A stretch of DNA of 64,000 bases from Candidatus Dojkabacteria bacterium (lineage in GTDB: Bacteria; Patescibacteriota; Dojkabacteria; SC72), in the NCBI GenBank assembly GCA_016182915.1, contig JACPFP010000003.1, forward strand, positions 187,685 to 251,684, given 5' to 3'. Shown one piece after another: positions 1 to 9,280 of the stretch. Within the stretch, counting starts at the first letter, position 1; the number at the start of each line of letters is the position of its first letter. A program made the translations under genes and the position numbers. The notes below the pieces were generated by a model. The model was not told the DNA's origin. It searched no databases and saw only the letters and a list, made by a program, of their open reading frames with translations.

Positions 1-681
1 CTGTTTAATCTTCTCTCTTACATCTCGTTCAAAGAGTTTAAGGTAGTCACGCTTCTCTTGATCGGTTGTTGCTTCACTACTCTTTTGAAGGTTTGAATAT
101 GGGAATTTTGAATCCACATTTATTCTAGTACCATCGGGGAGAAATACACTGAAGTCCGGTCTTGTTTCAGAGCCAGTCTGTTCTTTGTTGAATTCGTAAT
201 CTACCCCTCTGACAAAGCCTGCCATTTTCAAAAGCTCATCTGCAACCTGTTCTCCAAACTGTCCCCTCAATTGATTATTTGAAAGTACCTTCTTCAAACT
301 TTCCGTGCTTACAGCAAGCTGATCCGTAATCTTTTTATATTCATCCAAAGAGGTCTTAAGGGATCCAAACATATTAACTCTTTCCTTCTCCGAGTCATTC
401 AGCCTATCCTTACTGTCCTTTAAATCATTTTGAATTGTTTTAACTAGTCTCTCAATTTCCTGTCTTTTTCCTTCCATATCTGCACGTATCTCCTTTTTCT
501 CAGCTCCGAGTTTTTGGTCTGCCATCTGTATTACCTGCTCATTAACAGATTTCATTAGTTCGGGGAGAACCTGCTTTATAGAGGCTTCCATATCTTCCTT
601 ACTTGTATCCTTTCTTTTTAAGAAGAAAGCGATGCCAAATCCGACAACTAATCCTATTACAATACTTATAACTAGATCCAT
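1..681 (-). CDS. rmuC: DNA recombination protein RmuC (3' end outside window)
   Basis: Manually translated from ATG at 681: MDLVISIVIGLVVGFGIAFF (TM), coiled coil, then NNQLRGQFGE, RPDFSVFLPDG, VDSKFP motifs typical of RmuC. Confidence 0.9.
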   Translation of the reverse strand, partial: MDLVISIVIGLVVGFGIAFFLKRKDTSKEDMEASIKQVLPELMKSVNEQVIQMADQKLGAEKKEIRADMEGKRQEIERLVKTIQNDLKDSKDRLNDSEKERVNMFGSLKTSLDEYKKITDQLAVSTESLKKVLSNNQLRGQFGEQVADELLKMAGFVRGVDYEFNKEQTGSETRPDFSVFLPDGTRINVDSKFPYSNLQKSSEATTDQEKRDYLKLFERDVREKIKQ

Positions 682-796
682 ACATATTTATTCATAATTA
701 AGGTATTTTGATTATACATCATAATTTTAGTTGGTTGATGATATAACTCAAAAACTTAGTATATGAGATATATTGGTTTTGGATATATCGTTTGCT

Positions 797-1603
797 CTAC
801 TCCTTGCTTTTACCCTTAGGTATAAAGCCCTTAAAATACCGGCCCGCAGCAGGGACTCCAAGTGATAACGCAAAGGATACAGAAACAAAGAGGAGAATTA
901 TTCCAATTCCTGTTGCACCCGTTAAATTAGCATCTGTCATATATTCTACAGTTTCTCGACTAACTGGACGGCTTTCAATTGCATGAAAATAATCCATTTC
1001 AAGAAACTGTTCTTTAAGCATTACATAGTCAGAGCTATTAAATATTCTAATAATATCCTGAAATTTATAAGATATGTGTTCGGGAAGGTCTTCAGGTCGA
1101 CCAAAAAAACCATAGGACCCCATATCAATTCCCACCATAATGCGAGATGGGTCAAAAGGATTCTTAATAGCTTCAAATTCTATGTATGTATCACCATTTT
1201 CTGCCTCACCAGCGTAATATAATGATTGGGATCCAGTATTAATTGACTTAAAAGCTCCAAATTGAAACTCACAACCTGAAACATCTGCACCTGGAATATT
1301 TCCCAGTAGCATCCTACATGCCTCTGTTACTCTGATAATATGATCCTGTGGTGCATATGCCCTTATAATATACTCTCCTGTAGGGTTTCCATCCGGAGTA
1401 AGTAATACTTTTACACAAACATGTTCAATATTACGAGGGGAGTCAGGAGGAAGAATATTATCTAGATTCGCTTCAATGAAACCCGTGGGGCATCCATTCC
1501 ATATCGAATCCTCTAAAGGTTCTCCATAGAAAGGTCTCTTTCCTGAATCATCAGGGGGCGAAACTTCCATTGAACTAATCATATCTAAAGAATTGGAATA
1601 CAT
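797..1603 (-). CDS. hypothetical protein with C-terminal TM anchor
   Basis: 268-aa ORF; TATAAT 6 nt upstream of ATG; hydrophobic C-terminal segment followed by basic tail. Confidence 0.7.
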   Translation of the reverse strand: MYSNSLDMISSMEVSPPDDSGKRPFYGEPLEDSIWNGCPTGFIEANLDNILPPDSPRNIEHVCVKVLLTPDGNPTGEYIIRAYAPQDHIIRVTEACRMLLGNIPGADVSGCEFQFGAFKSINTGSQSLYYAGEAENGDTYIEFEAIKNPFDPSRIMVGIDMGSYGFFGRPEDLPEHISYKFQDIIRIFNSSDYVMLKEQFLEMDYFHAIESRPVSRETVEYMTDANLTGATGIGIILLFVSVSFALSLGVPAAGRYFKGFIPKGKSKE

Positions 1604-1666
1604 AACTGTATTATACTACAGGATAGTGAAGGGATAAATATAAAACGAGGAGGTTAAGCTTACTAG

Positions 1667-1966
1667 CTAATTTCCTAAGTCCCTCCATGTATCAGTCGTT
1701 TCGTCACTTCTAATAACAAGGTTACCAGCTTCATCAACATAATAAGTGCCTCCCTCAACTGTAAGTGCTGTTATACGACCAACAGCATCGTTTTCAAAAA
1801 CCGTTGGGCGGTTAGTAGGATCAAAGTCATCTAAAGATAACTGTGTAGCTGTTTCATCAAGCTTAAAGTTAACTAATGGGAAGTCAAGAAGTTTCTCTGC
1901 ATAGGGGTTATTCATAGTTACTAAGTAATTAACAACTAAGCTAAGTAATATCTCTGTTAGTTGCAT
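1667..1966 (-). CDS. hypothetical protein
   Basis: 99-aa ORF between two same-strand genes; no motif recognised. Confidence 0.55.
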   Translation of the reverse strand: MQLTEILLSLVVNYLVTMNNPYAEKLLDFPLVNFKLDETATQLSLDDFDPTNRPTVFENDAVGRITALTVEGGTYYVDEAGNLVIRSDETTDTWRDLGN

Positions 1967-2016
1967 GACACTTCAGTGATTGAGTAGCACTAACCAACTG
2001 AGCGAATTACCCTATA

Positions 2017-2862
2017 TTAGTATTCCATACTCATTAACTTTTCAACCCTCTTCTCTGTTAGAGGATGGGTTGAGAATAATTCCAACGCTTCCCTATTACT
2101 AAATGGACTATGTATGAATAGTGATGCTACAGATGTATTTATCTCTCTATTTGGGGTATCCCTCACACTACTATCTATAGCTATTAACGCTGATGCTAGT
2201 GCTTCAGGATTTTTAGTATATTTAGCTGCAGTTGCATCGGCTTCATACTCTCTAGATCTTGAGATTCCAAACTGAAGTAAGATTGCAATGATAGGTGCAG
2301 TTATGAGAAGAAGTATCGCTAAAAAGGGATTCCTCTCCTCCCTATCTCTTCCTCCAAACCCTCCCCAATATGCAATATTTTGAATGCTTGATATTGCACT
2401 TGCAAGAACAGCCGCAATTGAAGCAATCAGTATGTCATAATTTTTTATATGTGAAAGTTCGTGTGCAATTACAGCTAAAAGTTGTTCTTCTTCAAGCTGA
2501 CTAATAATTCCTGTAGTTAAACAGACAACAGCATGCTTTGGGTTTCTTCCTGTAGCAAAGGCATTAGCCTGCGCTGTTTCCATTATGAATAGTTTGGGAA
2601 GAGGTATTTCCATATTTTTACAGACTTTCTCTACCTCTTTTTTTATTCCATTTAAGCTTCTCCAATCACTCTCCTTTGCATTAGTCATAGCAAGAACCAC
2701 TTTGTCGCTAAACCAGTATGAAAAGAAGTTAAGTATCAAACCCAATATTCCTGCAAATATCATTCCATCCTCACCAGCAAAGTAGTATCCAAAGGCTATA
2801 AATATAGCTGTTAAACCTGCCAGGAGAATAGTGAGTTTTAAGTATGAAGATATCTTATTCAT
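2017..2862 (-). CDS. htpX: zinc metalloprotease HtpX (M48)
   Basis: NAFATGRNP, AHELSH zinc motif, SRSREYEAD, STHP; N-terminal TM helices. Confidence 0.95.
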   Translation of the reverse strand: MNKISSYLKLTILLAGLTAIFIAFGYYFAGEDGMIFAGILGLILNFFSYWFSDKVVLAMTNAKESDWRSLNGIKKEVEKVCKNMEIPLPKLFIMETAQANAFATGRNPKHAVVCLTTGIISQLEEEQLLAVIAHELSHIKNYDILIASIAAVLASAISSIQNIAYWGGFGGRDREERNPFLAILLLITAPIIAILLQFGISRSREYEADATAAKYTKNPEALASALIAIDSSVRDTPNREINTSVASLFIHSPFSNREALELFSTHPLTEKRVEKLMSMEY

Positions 2863-2927
2863 ATACTTAGTATTATACCAAAAAGTAGTGATATACTTGG
2901 GAAGATAAAATATTAGATTAAATACCG

Positions 2928-3392
2928 ATGGGAGTAATTAGAAGAACATTAAGTGAGTTTAAAGATTTCGCCGCAAAAGGAGATGCAATTACCCTAGCAA
3001 TAGGTGTCATTATAGGTGCGGCATTCAAGGGAATAATAGACTCATTGGTTAACGATATTATTATGCCTCCAATTAGTTTCCTCACAACCAAAATAGATTT
3101 CTCAAACCTGTTCTGGGTCCTTGGTAGAGGGAGCTATTCAACTTACGACCAGGCAAAAGATGCAGGTGCTATCGTAATTAGATATGGGAATTTCCTTAAT
3201 CAGGTTTTAATATTCCTAATAACTGCCTTTGTTATTTTTATAACCATAAATAAATTACAGAGGATGGTTGTCAAGAAAGAGGAGGAAGAAAATTCTAAAA
3301 AGTTAAAGAACACGAAAGCATGTAAATATTGTTTAATGGAAATACCATACAAAGCCACAAAGTGTGGACACTGTACAAGTACGATTAAATAG
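2928..3392 (+). CDS. mscL: large-conductance mechanosensitive channel MscL with C-terminal zinc ribbon
   Basis: EFKDFA..G.AI.LAIGVIIGAAF, SLVNDIIMP, YGNFLN; C-terminal CKYC..CGHC. Confidence 0.95.
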   Translation: MGVIRRTLSEFKDFAAKGDAITLAIGVIIGAAFKGIIDSLVNDIIMPPISFLTTKIDFSNLFWVLGRGSYSTYDQAKDAGAIVIRYGNFLNQVLIFLITAFVIFITINKLQRMVVKKEEEENSKKLKNTKACKYCLMEIPYKATKCGHCTSTIK

Positions 3393-3400
3393 TTTCAAAT

Positions 3401-4855
3401 CTATCTATGTGCTTGAGTTCCGTGTTGGTTATAGAATTCAATTGCAACTTTTAGTTCTTCTTTATCTTTTGCGTACTCTTCTAATGGTATATTTGCCAAC
3501 CATGCTTCATATGCCTGGAATACAGCTTTAATACCTGCTCCTGTTCCCATAGGATGTGAATGTACACCCCCTCCCATTGTTACAATGAAATCTATTGATC
3601 CAAATACTTCTATAAAGTCTGGAAGAAGAACAGGATTAAGGCCACCAGAAACGATCGGGGAGGTCTTTTTTATTACCCTCCACATTGTATGCTCCTCTCC
3701 GACTTCCATTGTTAAATTCTTTGTTCTTCTTATTGCAGCAAGCTCTCTTGTTGGCATCCCCCAGAACATATTCTCTCTTGCGATCATCTCCTGCATATCT
3801 GGATCCCTATCTGGAATCTCTGCCCAGATCTGAGTAAAGAATTCTCCTTGTGCATTGAGTCTTAATGCTTGTTTTGCAGCTCCTATGTCTTCCTTAGCAC
3901 TTCCAGACATCTTTCCGACACCTGCTGTACCTGTATGTACACCCGAAGCGCCTGCAAGTCTTGCAAATTTAGTGAGAACTGGAACTGTGTATCCAATTGG
4001 ATTTTCTTCTCTTGTAAAGGCACCATGCCCTGCCCTATGGAAGTGTATAAATACATCGGGATAGTGTCTTCGCATAGTCTGAACTGCGCTCCATCCAGCA
4101 GTCATTCCGTCAACGAGGAAAGAATAGCTTCCCGGTTTCATAACCCTTCGAATATAATCAGCACGCCTAATCATTGTGTCAAAGTCGGCAGCGGAGACAT
4201 TAAAAGAGTGAACTTTCGTTCTTCTAGTTTCCAACTCTGCTTTATCCATAGCCATTCGAACGGAATCTACCATTTTTTCAAAAGGTGCAAACTGCTGGTC
4301 CGCTTGTGGTTCATCATTCTTAACAAAGTCACCACCACCTGACCAAAAATCATAACAAAGTTCTGCATATTCAGTGGAAGTTAATCCAATTTTAGGTTTA
4401 ATAATGGTTCCAAGGATTGGTCTATCATATACACCGAGATACTTTCTCATATCATCAAGTGTATAGCTTGGACCGTCATACTGAACAAGCATTTGTGGTG
4501 GGAACCAGACATCCAGAAGTTTACATTCCTTTAGATTTCCCATTCCAAATATATTACCAGCTATAAAGGTAAGAATGTTCTGGATATTTCCTCCCCTATC
4601 AAACATTAACCATGGGTATGCTATGTAAACAAGATTCTTCTCTTTATCAATATCGTATACAATGGCATCCAATCCCATTGAATAATTTGTAGCCGTAGAG
4701 ACTTTGAGGTTAGAACCAGAGGAAGACTCAGCAGCAAGTTCTGTTGCCGCACTTTCAATGCTCTCATCCCCATATGGGACTACTTTATAAACGGTGAGAA
4801 GGTATTGACCATTGTGGACAGATTGATCTCCAAGTCCTAAATATTGCTCTTGCAT
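3401..4855 (-). CDS. ribulose-1,5-bisphosphate carboxylase, form II/III-like
   Basis: AAESSSG, GTIIKPKIGL, GGDFVKNDE catalytic motif, HFHRAGHG, GKM loop 6, SGG, GGGVHSHP; long insertion before the SGG strand. Confidence 0.95.
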   Translation of the reverse strand: MQEQYLGLGDQSVHNGQYLLTVYKVVPYGDESIESAATELAAESSSGSNLKVSTATNYSMGLDAIVYDIDKEKNLVYIAYPWLMFDRGGNIQNILTFIAGNIFGMGNLKECKLLDVWFPPQMLVQYDGPSYTLDDMRKYLGVYDRPILGTIIKPKIGLTSTEYAELCYDFWSGGGDFVKNDEPQADQQFAPFEKMVDSVRMAMDKAELETRRTKVHSFNVSAADFDTMIRRADYIRRVMKPGSYSFLVDGMTAGWSAVQTMRRHYPDVFIHFHRAGHGAFTREENPIGYTVPVLTKFARLAGASGVHTGTAGVGKMSGSAKEDIGAAKQALRLNAQGEFFTQIWAEIPDRDPDMQEMIARENMFWGMPTRELAAIRRTKNLTMEVGEEHTMWRVIKKTSPIVSGGLNPVLLPDFIEVFGSIDFIVTMGGGVHSHPMGTGAGIKAVFQAYEAWLANIPLEEYAKDKEELKVAIEFYNQHGTQAHR

Positions 4856-4944
4856 TTGTTATTGGCAGTTAAGTTATTAAAGTATAGTAACAAGTTAACA
4901 TATTCGGTAGGCAAGGACAATGTCATTAAGGTTAGATTAATATC

Positions 4945-4973
4945 TTGATATCTTTTTTGAAAAAATATAGAAT
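4945..4973 (+). promoter_or_regulatory. sigma70-type promoter antisense to NYN gene 1
   Basis: TTGATA (4945-4950), 17 nt, TAGAAT (4968-4973); predicted start about 4980. Confidence 0.6.
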
Positions 4974-4979
4974 CAATTA

Positions 4980-5035
4980 ATCATGAGGGGGTTGTAGTTC
5001 TTAGTCTCGTGCTAAGCGCCAAGCCCCCACCCAAT
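4980..5035 (+). ncRNA. putative NYN-associated structured small RNA, copy 1
   Basis: Begins ATCATGA; GGGGG(4987-91)/CCCCC(5024-28) basal stem, CTTAG/CTAAG inner hairpin; GC-rich in AT-rich context; same architecture at the second NYN gene. Confidence 0.55.
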
Positions 5036-5514
5036 TCCAACTTCCCTCTTAGGTCTTCTAAATAAACTTTTCTGTCCCTGTATTTATATAGTAGAGAGGA
5101 TTCCGACTTGCGAGATGGAATTAACAACCTCTCTAATTTATTATCTTTATCCAATTCATCGTATAAACAGAGAAAGTCCCCGTCTCCTGATATAAATACT
5201 GCCCTGTCATACATTGGGAAGAGAATTTTTGCAGAATGTAACACAAGTTCGGCGTCAACATTTCCTTTTGTTTTATTCTCCCCAATACCTACAACAGGTT
5301 TAAATATGATCTGAGACCCAAAACTTCTTAATCTTGTATACATGCTCTCAAACTTAGGTATGTAACCGAGGAATAAATAGACTTTATTTACCTTCCACTT
5401 ATCCACTAAATATCTATGAAACTTTTTAAAATCTAATTTCCAACCCAAAGATCTAATTCCCAGGTTTAAATTCTGGGAATCTATAAATGCGTATGTAATT
5501 CTTGTGACCTTCAT
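4981..5514 (-). CDS. NYN domain (LabA/DUF88, PIN-fold) ribonuclease
   Basis: FIDSQNL, KGNVDAELVL, SGDGDF acidic catalytic motifs. Confidence 0.9.
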   Translation of the reverse strand: MKVTRITYAFIDSQNLNLGIRSLGWKLDFKKFHRYLVDKWKVNKVYLFLGYIPKFESMYTRLRSFGSQIIFKPVVGIGENKTKGNVDAELVLHSAKILFPMYDRAVFISGDGDFLCLYDELDKDNKLERLLIPSRKSESSLLYKYRDRKVYLEDLRGKLELGGGLALSTRLRTTTPS

Positions 5515-5577
5515 ACTTAGATTTTAGCAGGATATTATTAACTACTTATGAACAAATTAATATGATAAAATCGCTTC

Positions 5578-7092
5578 GTGGTAAACATAAAGGATATTGT
5601 ATATACAGTTGAAGACAGAATGATTCTTGATCACATAGATCTCGTTATAAATAACGGCGAGAAGATTGGTCTTGTCGGTGTAAACGGGGCTGGTAAATCA
5701 ACCTTCCTAAAGATTATAACTGGCATTTTAGAACAGGAGAAAGGGATTATTTCAACAAATGGAACTATTGCATATCTAGAACAGGAGATTAAAAGGAACT
5801 TAGATAATACTGATAATGATTCATACACAATTGAAGAGTATCTTGTTTTGGAGAAGGGATTAGATATACAGGCATGGGAAGTATCAAAGTACCTCAACCA
5901 TATGAATGTAAGTGATAAAAGTGCAGAGAGTATCTTTGGGTCGCTCTCAGGTGGGCAGAAGATTAAGGTTGAACTAATTGCTATCCTTTTCCAAGAGCCT
6001 GACCTTCTTGTCTTAGACGAACCAACAAACTTCCTTGATATACCGACAGCAGAGTGGCTAATGAGGTATCTATCAGAGTATAAGAAGTCTGTTCTTGTTG
6101 TATCACACGACCTTAGGCTCATGAATAAATCAATAGATAGGATATGGTACCTAAATGAGCATACACATAAAATTGAGAGTTTTAATGGTAACTATGACCA
6201 GTTCCTGACCTTTAAAGAAAGACAGAGTGAGTGGCTTGTAAAAGCGTTGAAGAATCAGGAGAAGCAGGTAGATAAGCTATTTAAAACGGCTCAGGTTCTT
6301 TCTAGTAGAAAGTCTGCAGCGGAAAAGATTCGTGCATCAAAACTTTTTGCTAAGGCAGAAGAGAAGAAAATCGAGCTTGAGGAGAAGAAAACCGAGGGCT
6401 CTAAAAAGTCAAGAAAGATGAGAATTGAATTTGAATTAGAGAGGTTAAGTGGGAAAAGTGTTCTTGAGGTTTCCAATATCTCTAAAAGCTATAATGGGAA
6501 AAAGATCCTTAATGATGTTTCATTCTCTCTTCTTAGAGGTGAGCGAATGATTATTGTAGGAAGGAATGGGATTGGGAAAACTACTCTCCTCAAAATCCTC
6601 GCAGGAAAGATTGAAGCGACATCAGGTTCATTTAAGTATGGTTACAATGTTGATCTAGGATACTATGCACAAGAGTTTGATGGCTTGGACTACAGTAAGA
6701 GTTTGATACAGAACTTTATGGAAGATAGTAAGGCAAAGCAATTGGGTAGGAATAGGATATTAGAGATTCTTTCAATGTTTATATTTAAAAGTGACAGGTT
6801 AGATCAGAAAGTTGGAACGCTCTCAGGAGGAGAAAAGACTCGTCTTGCTATTGCAAAACTCATGACTATGAACTGTAACACTCTTCTTCTTGATGAACCG
6901 ACAACATATCTAGATCCTGCCTCACAAAATACTCTTTTAGAATCACTTAAGAACTATAAAGGAACAATTGTACTTGTAAGTCACGTACCTGAATTCGTGG
7001 AGAAATTTAAACCTGACAAAGTTCTGCTACTTCCTGAAGAGAAGTTTACATTCTACGAGGAGAAGTATTTGAATAAAGTGAGGGCTGAGTAG
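5578..7092 (+). CDS. ABC-F family ATPase
   Basis: Two ABC domains (GVNGAGKST/LSGGQ/LDEPTN and GRNGIGKTT/LSGGE/LDEPTT), helical linker, no TM segment. Confidence 0.92.
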   Translation: MVNIKDIVYTVEDRMILDHIDLVINNGEKIGLVGVNGAGKSTFLKIITGILEQEKGIISTNGTIAYLEQEIKRNLDNTDNDSYTIEEYLVLEKGLDIQAWEVSKYLNHMNVSDKSAESIFGSLSGGQKIKVELIAILFQEPDLLVLDEPTNFLDIPTAEWLMRYLSEYKKSVLVVSHDLRLMNKSIDRIWYLNEHTHKIESFNGNYDQFLTFKERQSEWLVKALKNQEKQVDKLFKTAQVLSSRKSAAEKIRASKLFAKAEEKKIELEEKKTEGSKKSRKMRIEFELERLSGKSVLEVSNISKSYNGKKILNDVSFSLLRGERMIIVGRNGIGKTTLLKILAGKIEATSGSFKYGYNVDLGYYAQEFDGLDYSKSLIQNFMEDSKAKQLGRNRILEILSMFIFKSDRLDQKVGTLSGGEKTRLAIAKLMTMNCNTLLLDEPTTYLDPASQNTLLESLKNYKGTIVLVSHVPEFVEKFKPDKVLLLPEEKFTFYEEKYLNKVRAE

Positions 7093-7190
7093 ATTACATC
7101 CTTTCTTAAGTGGATTTTCAAAATACCATTTCATCTTGATTTAATCTCTGTCGTTTACAATAGATATAGATAACTTTATTATTTATAACA

Positions 7191-7652
7191 ATGAGTAAAC
7201 AAGAGCTTGATACAATCAAAAATATGATTACACTAGGGTTCGGAGGGATAAACGATCGGCTTGATAGGATAGAAGAGAGATTAGATAAGATAGAAATGAG
7301 GCTAGATCATCTGGAAACTCGGATGGACAATCTGGAAGCCAGGATGGACAATCTGGAAGCCAGGATGGACAATCTGGAAGCCCGAATGGACAATCTGGAA
7401 GCCCGAATGGATAAGTTGGAAACCAGACTAAACTTACTTGTGGTTAGTTTTGAAAGGTTGGGAGAGAGAGTGGATACATTAGAGACAACCGTAAATTCTT
7501 TGAAAGGTAGCGTTATGACACTTCAAGATACAGTATTTGGAATGGATAGTTATATTCAGGGAGAATTGTTTATAAATCTTAAACAGCTAGATACTCAGGA
7601 TAGAAGATTGGGAAATAGGATTACAAAGGTAGAGAAAGTCGTTTTTAGCTAG
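7191..7652 (+). CDS. heptad-repeat coiled-coil protein
   Basis: Repeated (R)MDNLEA heptads. Confidence 0.8.
   Translation: MSKQELDTIKNMITLGFGGINDRLDRIEERLDKIEMRLDHLETRMDNLEARMDNLEARMDNLEARMDNLEARMDKLETRLNLLVVSFERLGERVDTLETTVNSLKGSVMTLQDTVFGMDSYIQGELFINLKQLDTQDRRLGNRITKVEKVVFS
7323..7427 (+). repeat. 21-bp coding tandem repeat (4 near-identical copies plus 1 degenerate)
   Basis: atggacaatctggaagccagg x2, atggacaatctggaagcccga x2, atggataagttggaaaccaga. Confidence 0.95.
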
Positions 7653-8436
7653 TTTTTATATGTTTTTTGTAGTAGTAAAGGGTGTTTTTCAAGATTGTCT
7701 TAACCCTATCCTTTCCGAAGGTATCTATTTCCAAATGTTTAACTTTTATAGTTGGGCAGTAGTACACACCATATCCTGCTTCTCGAACTCTTTTACATAG
7801 ATCTTGATCAGCGTGGTACCACATCTTTGGGTCAAATCCCCCTACTTCTTCAAATACCTTACTCTTGACGCAGAAGTTAGCTTCTGAAACCCAATCTACT
7901 TTTCTGAGGGCGTGTTCTGAGAATGATATATCAAGATTAGGAGATATATTTGGATACTTTCTTTTTAGTTCCACAATCTTTTCAAGATTGGTCCAATGTT
8001 TTAGCATTAGGTTATCGACTTTCCTGGCCTTTGTATCTCGGGATAGATTCATTTCGTATCCCCAGTTCCACCACATAGGTTCATCCTTTTTAGTTATAAT
8101 CATTCCACCGACTAAATCTATTGATTTGTCCTTGAAGAGCTCTTCTATCTTCTCGGTAACATCTGCAACTAGTATCTCCATATCTACATCCACGAAAAAG
8201 ATGATATCTCCATGTGGGTATTTTAGGATCCTGCTTCTATTAGCACCTGGACCTACATTTACATTATTTTCAATAACGGTTACTTTAGGGAAGGTTTTAG
8301 CTATTTCAACTGAATTATCCGTTGAGTTATCATCAATCAGATAGATTTGATCGAAGTGTTCATTTGAAAGCTGTTTTAGGATATTGGATATGTTTGAGGA
8401 TCCATTGTAGTTAGGAACAACGGCGGTTATTTTCAT
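7645..8436 (-). CDS. glycosyltransferase family 2
   Basis: VVPNYN, IDDNSTD, DVD (DxD), GGFD..DQDLC.R. Confidence 0.9.
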   Translation of the reverse strand: MKITAVVPNYNGSSNISNILKQLSNEHFDQIYLIDDNSTDNSVEIAKTFPKVTVIENNVNVGPGANRSRILKYPHGDIIFFVDVDMEILVADVTEKIEELFKDKSIDLVGGMIITKKDEPMWWNWGYEMNLSRDTKARKVDNLMLKHWTNLEKIVELKRKYPNISPNLDISFSEHALRKVDWVSEANFCVKSKVFEEVGGFDPKMWYHADQDLCKRVREAGYGVYYCPTIKVKHLEIDTFGKDRVKTILKNTLYYYKKHIKTS

Positions 8437-8540
8437 CTCTATATCTTGCAGTTATGTTAGGTCTAGTATCTAGAGACATTGTAGCATATGGGAAGAGACA
8501 AAAGGCGATAGAGAGGATCAAAGAAAAAATGAGATTTTCC

Positions 8541-9107
8541 CTAGTGTATATATGTTGAAAACGGCTCAACTAGTTCTGCAATATAGTTAACATGGACCTC
8601 TCTCTCATTACTGTTAATACCCGGTAGATAATATCCACATGCTTTATCGACTCTGTACCTGAAATATGTATCAAGATATTTATTTGTGTTAGGAAATATT
8701 CCAGTCATAGTTGCGTAGTTGGCAATATTTAAATCAAATTCGTTCTTAACTAGATTGTTTGCTGTTATAGCAAAGTGTTTCTTCTGAATATTTCCTACGA
8801 GAAGTACCTTATCAGATAATCTCTCCCACGTATTACTATCTTTTGAAAATTCCGTAAATCTATCTTGGGTTGTAGTTGTATATGAAGATTTTGTTTCAGA
8901 GAAGAGTACCCATACTTTTTCATTTTCTGATTGAGCTTTTGAAATAAAGGTTTGGAGTATATTTGGCCTACAGAAAACTCCTCCATATCCCCAGAAGAAT
9001 TTCCCTATTTCTTTCTCTTCTTTCTGTTTTATTTTAATAATTTCATCTAATGAATATCCACAGTATGGGCCTGCTTTCATTAGAAGAATATATTTATATG
9101 GAAGCAT
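8541..9107 (-). CDS. hypothetical protein
   Basis: 188-aa ORF with MKAGP...FWGYGG motif; TAGAAT just upstream of ATG. Confidence 0.7.
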   Translation of the reverse strand: MLPYKYILLMKAGPYCGYSLDEIIKIKQKEEKEIGKFFWGYGGVFCRPNILQTFISKAQSENEKVWVLFSETKSSYTTTTQDRFTEFSKDSNTWERLSDKVLLVGNIQKKHFAITANNLVKNEFDLNIANYATMTGIFPNTNKYLDTYFRYRVDKACGYYLPGINSNEREVHVNYIAELVEPFSTYIH

Positions 9108-9147
9108 AGATACATTCTACAATTAAATGGAGGGGAAATGTTGAAAA

Positions 9148-9224
9148 TGGTGGGCGATGAGGGATTCGAACCCCCGACCCTCTCGGTGTAAACGAGATGC
9201 TCTAACCAGCTGAGCTAATCGCCC
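9148..9224 (-). tRNA. tRNA-Val(TAC)
   Basis: Reverse complement GGGCGATTAGCTCAGCTGGTTAGAGCA TCTCG TT TAC AC CGAGA ... GTTCGAATC ... CGCCCACCA. Confidence 0.97.
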
Positions 9225-9280
9225 TAATGTTTCTGATTATACTACAAAATATATTAAAAAAGAAAATGGAAATATATATT

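Noticed and set aside
2928-3392. Zinc-ribbon tail on MscL
   Set aside because: Seen in many bacterial MscL proteins; not novel
3585-4342. Plus-strand ORFs inside RuBisCO, and similar short ORFs overlapping recognised genes throughout the track
   Set aside because: Antisense or off-frame shadows with no motifs or initiation signals
7323-7427. Tandem repeats as a possible CRISPR array
   Set aside because: No spacers, in-frame 21-bp coding heptads, no cas genes in the window
8504-8520. ggcgatagagaggatc resembling the tRNA-Val 3' end as an att site around the 8541-9107 gene
   Set aside because: Too short and gapped to distinguish from chance
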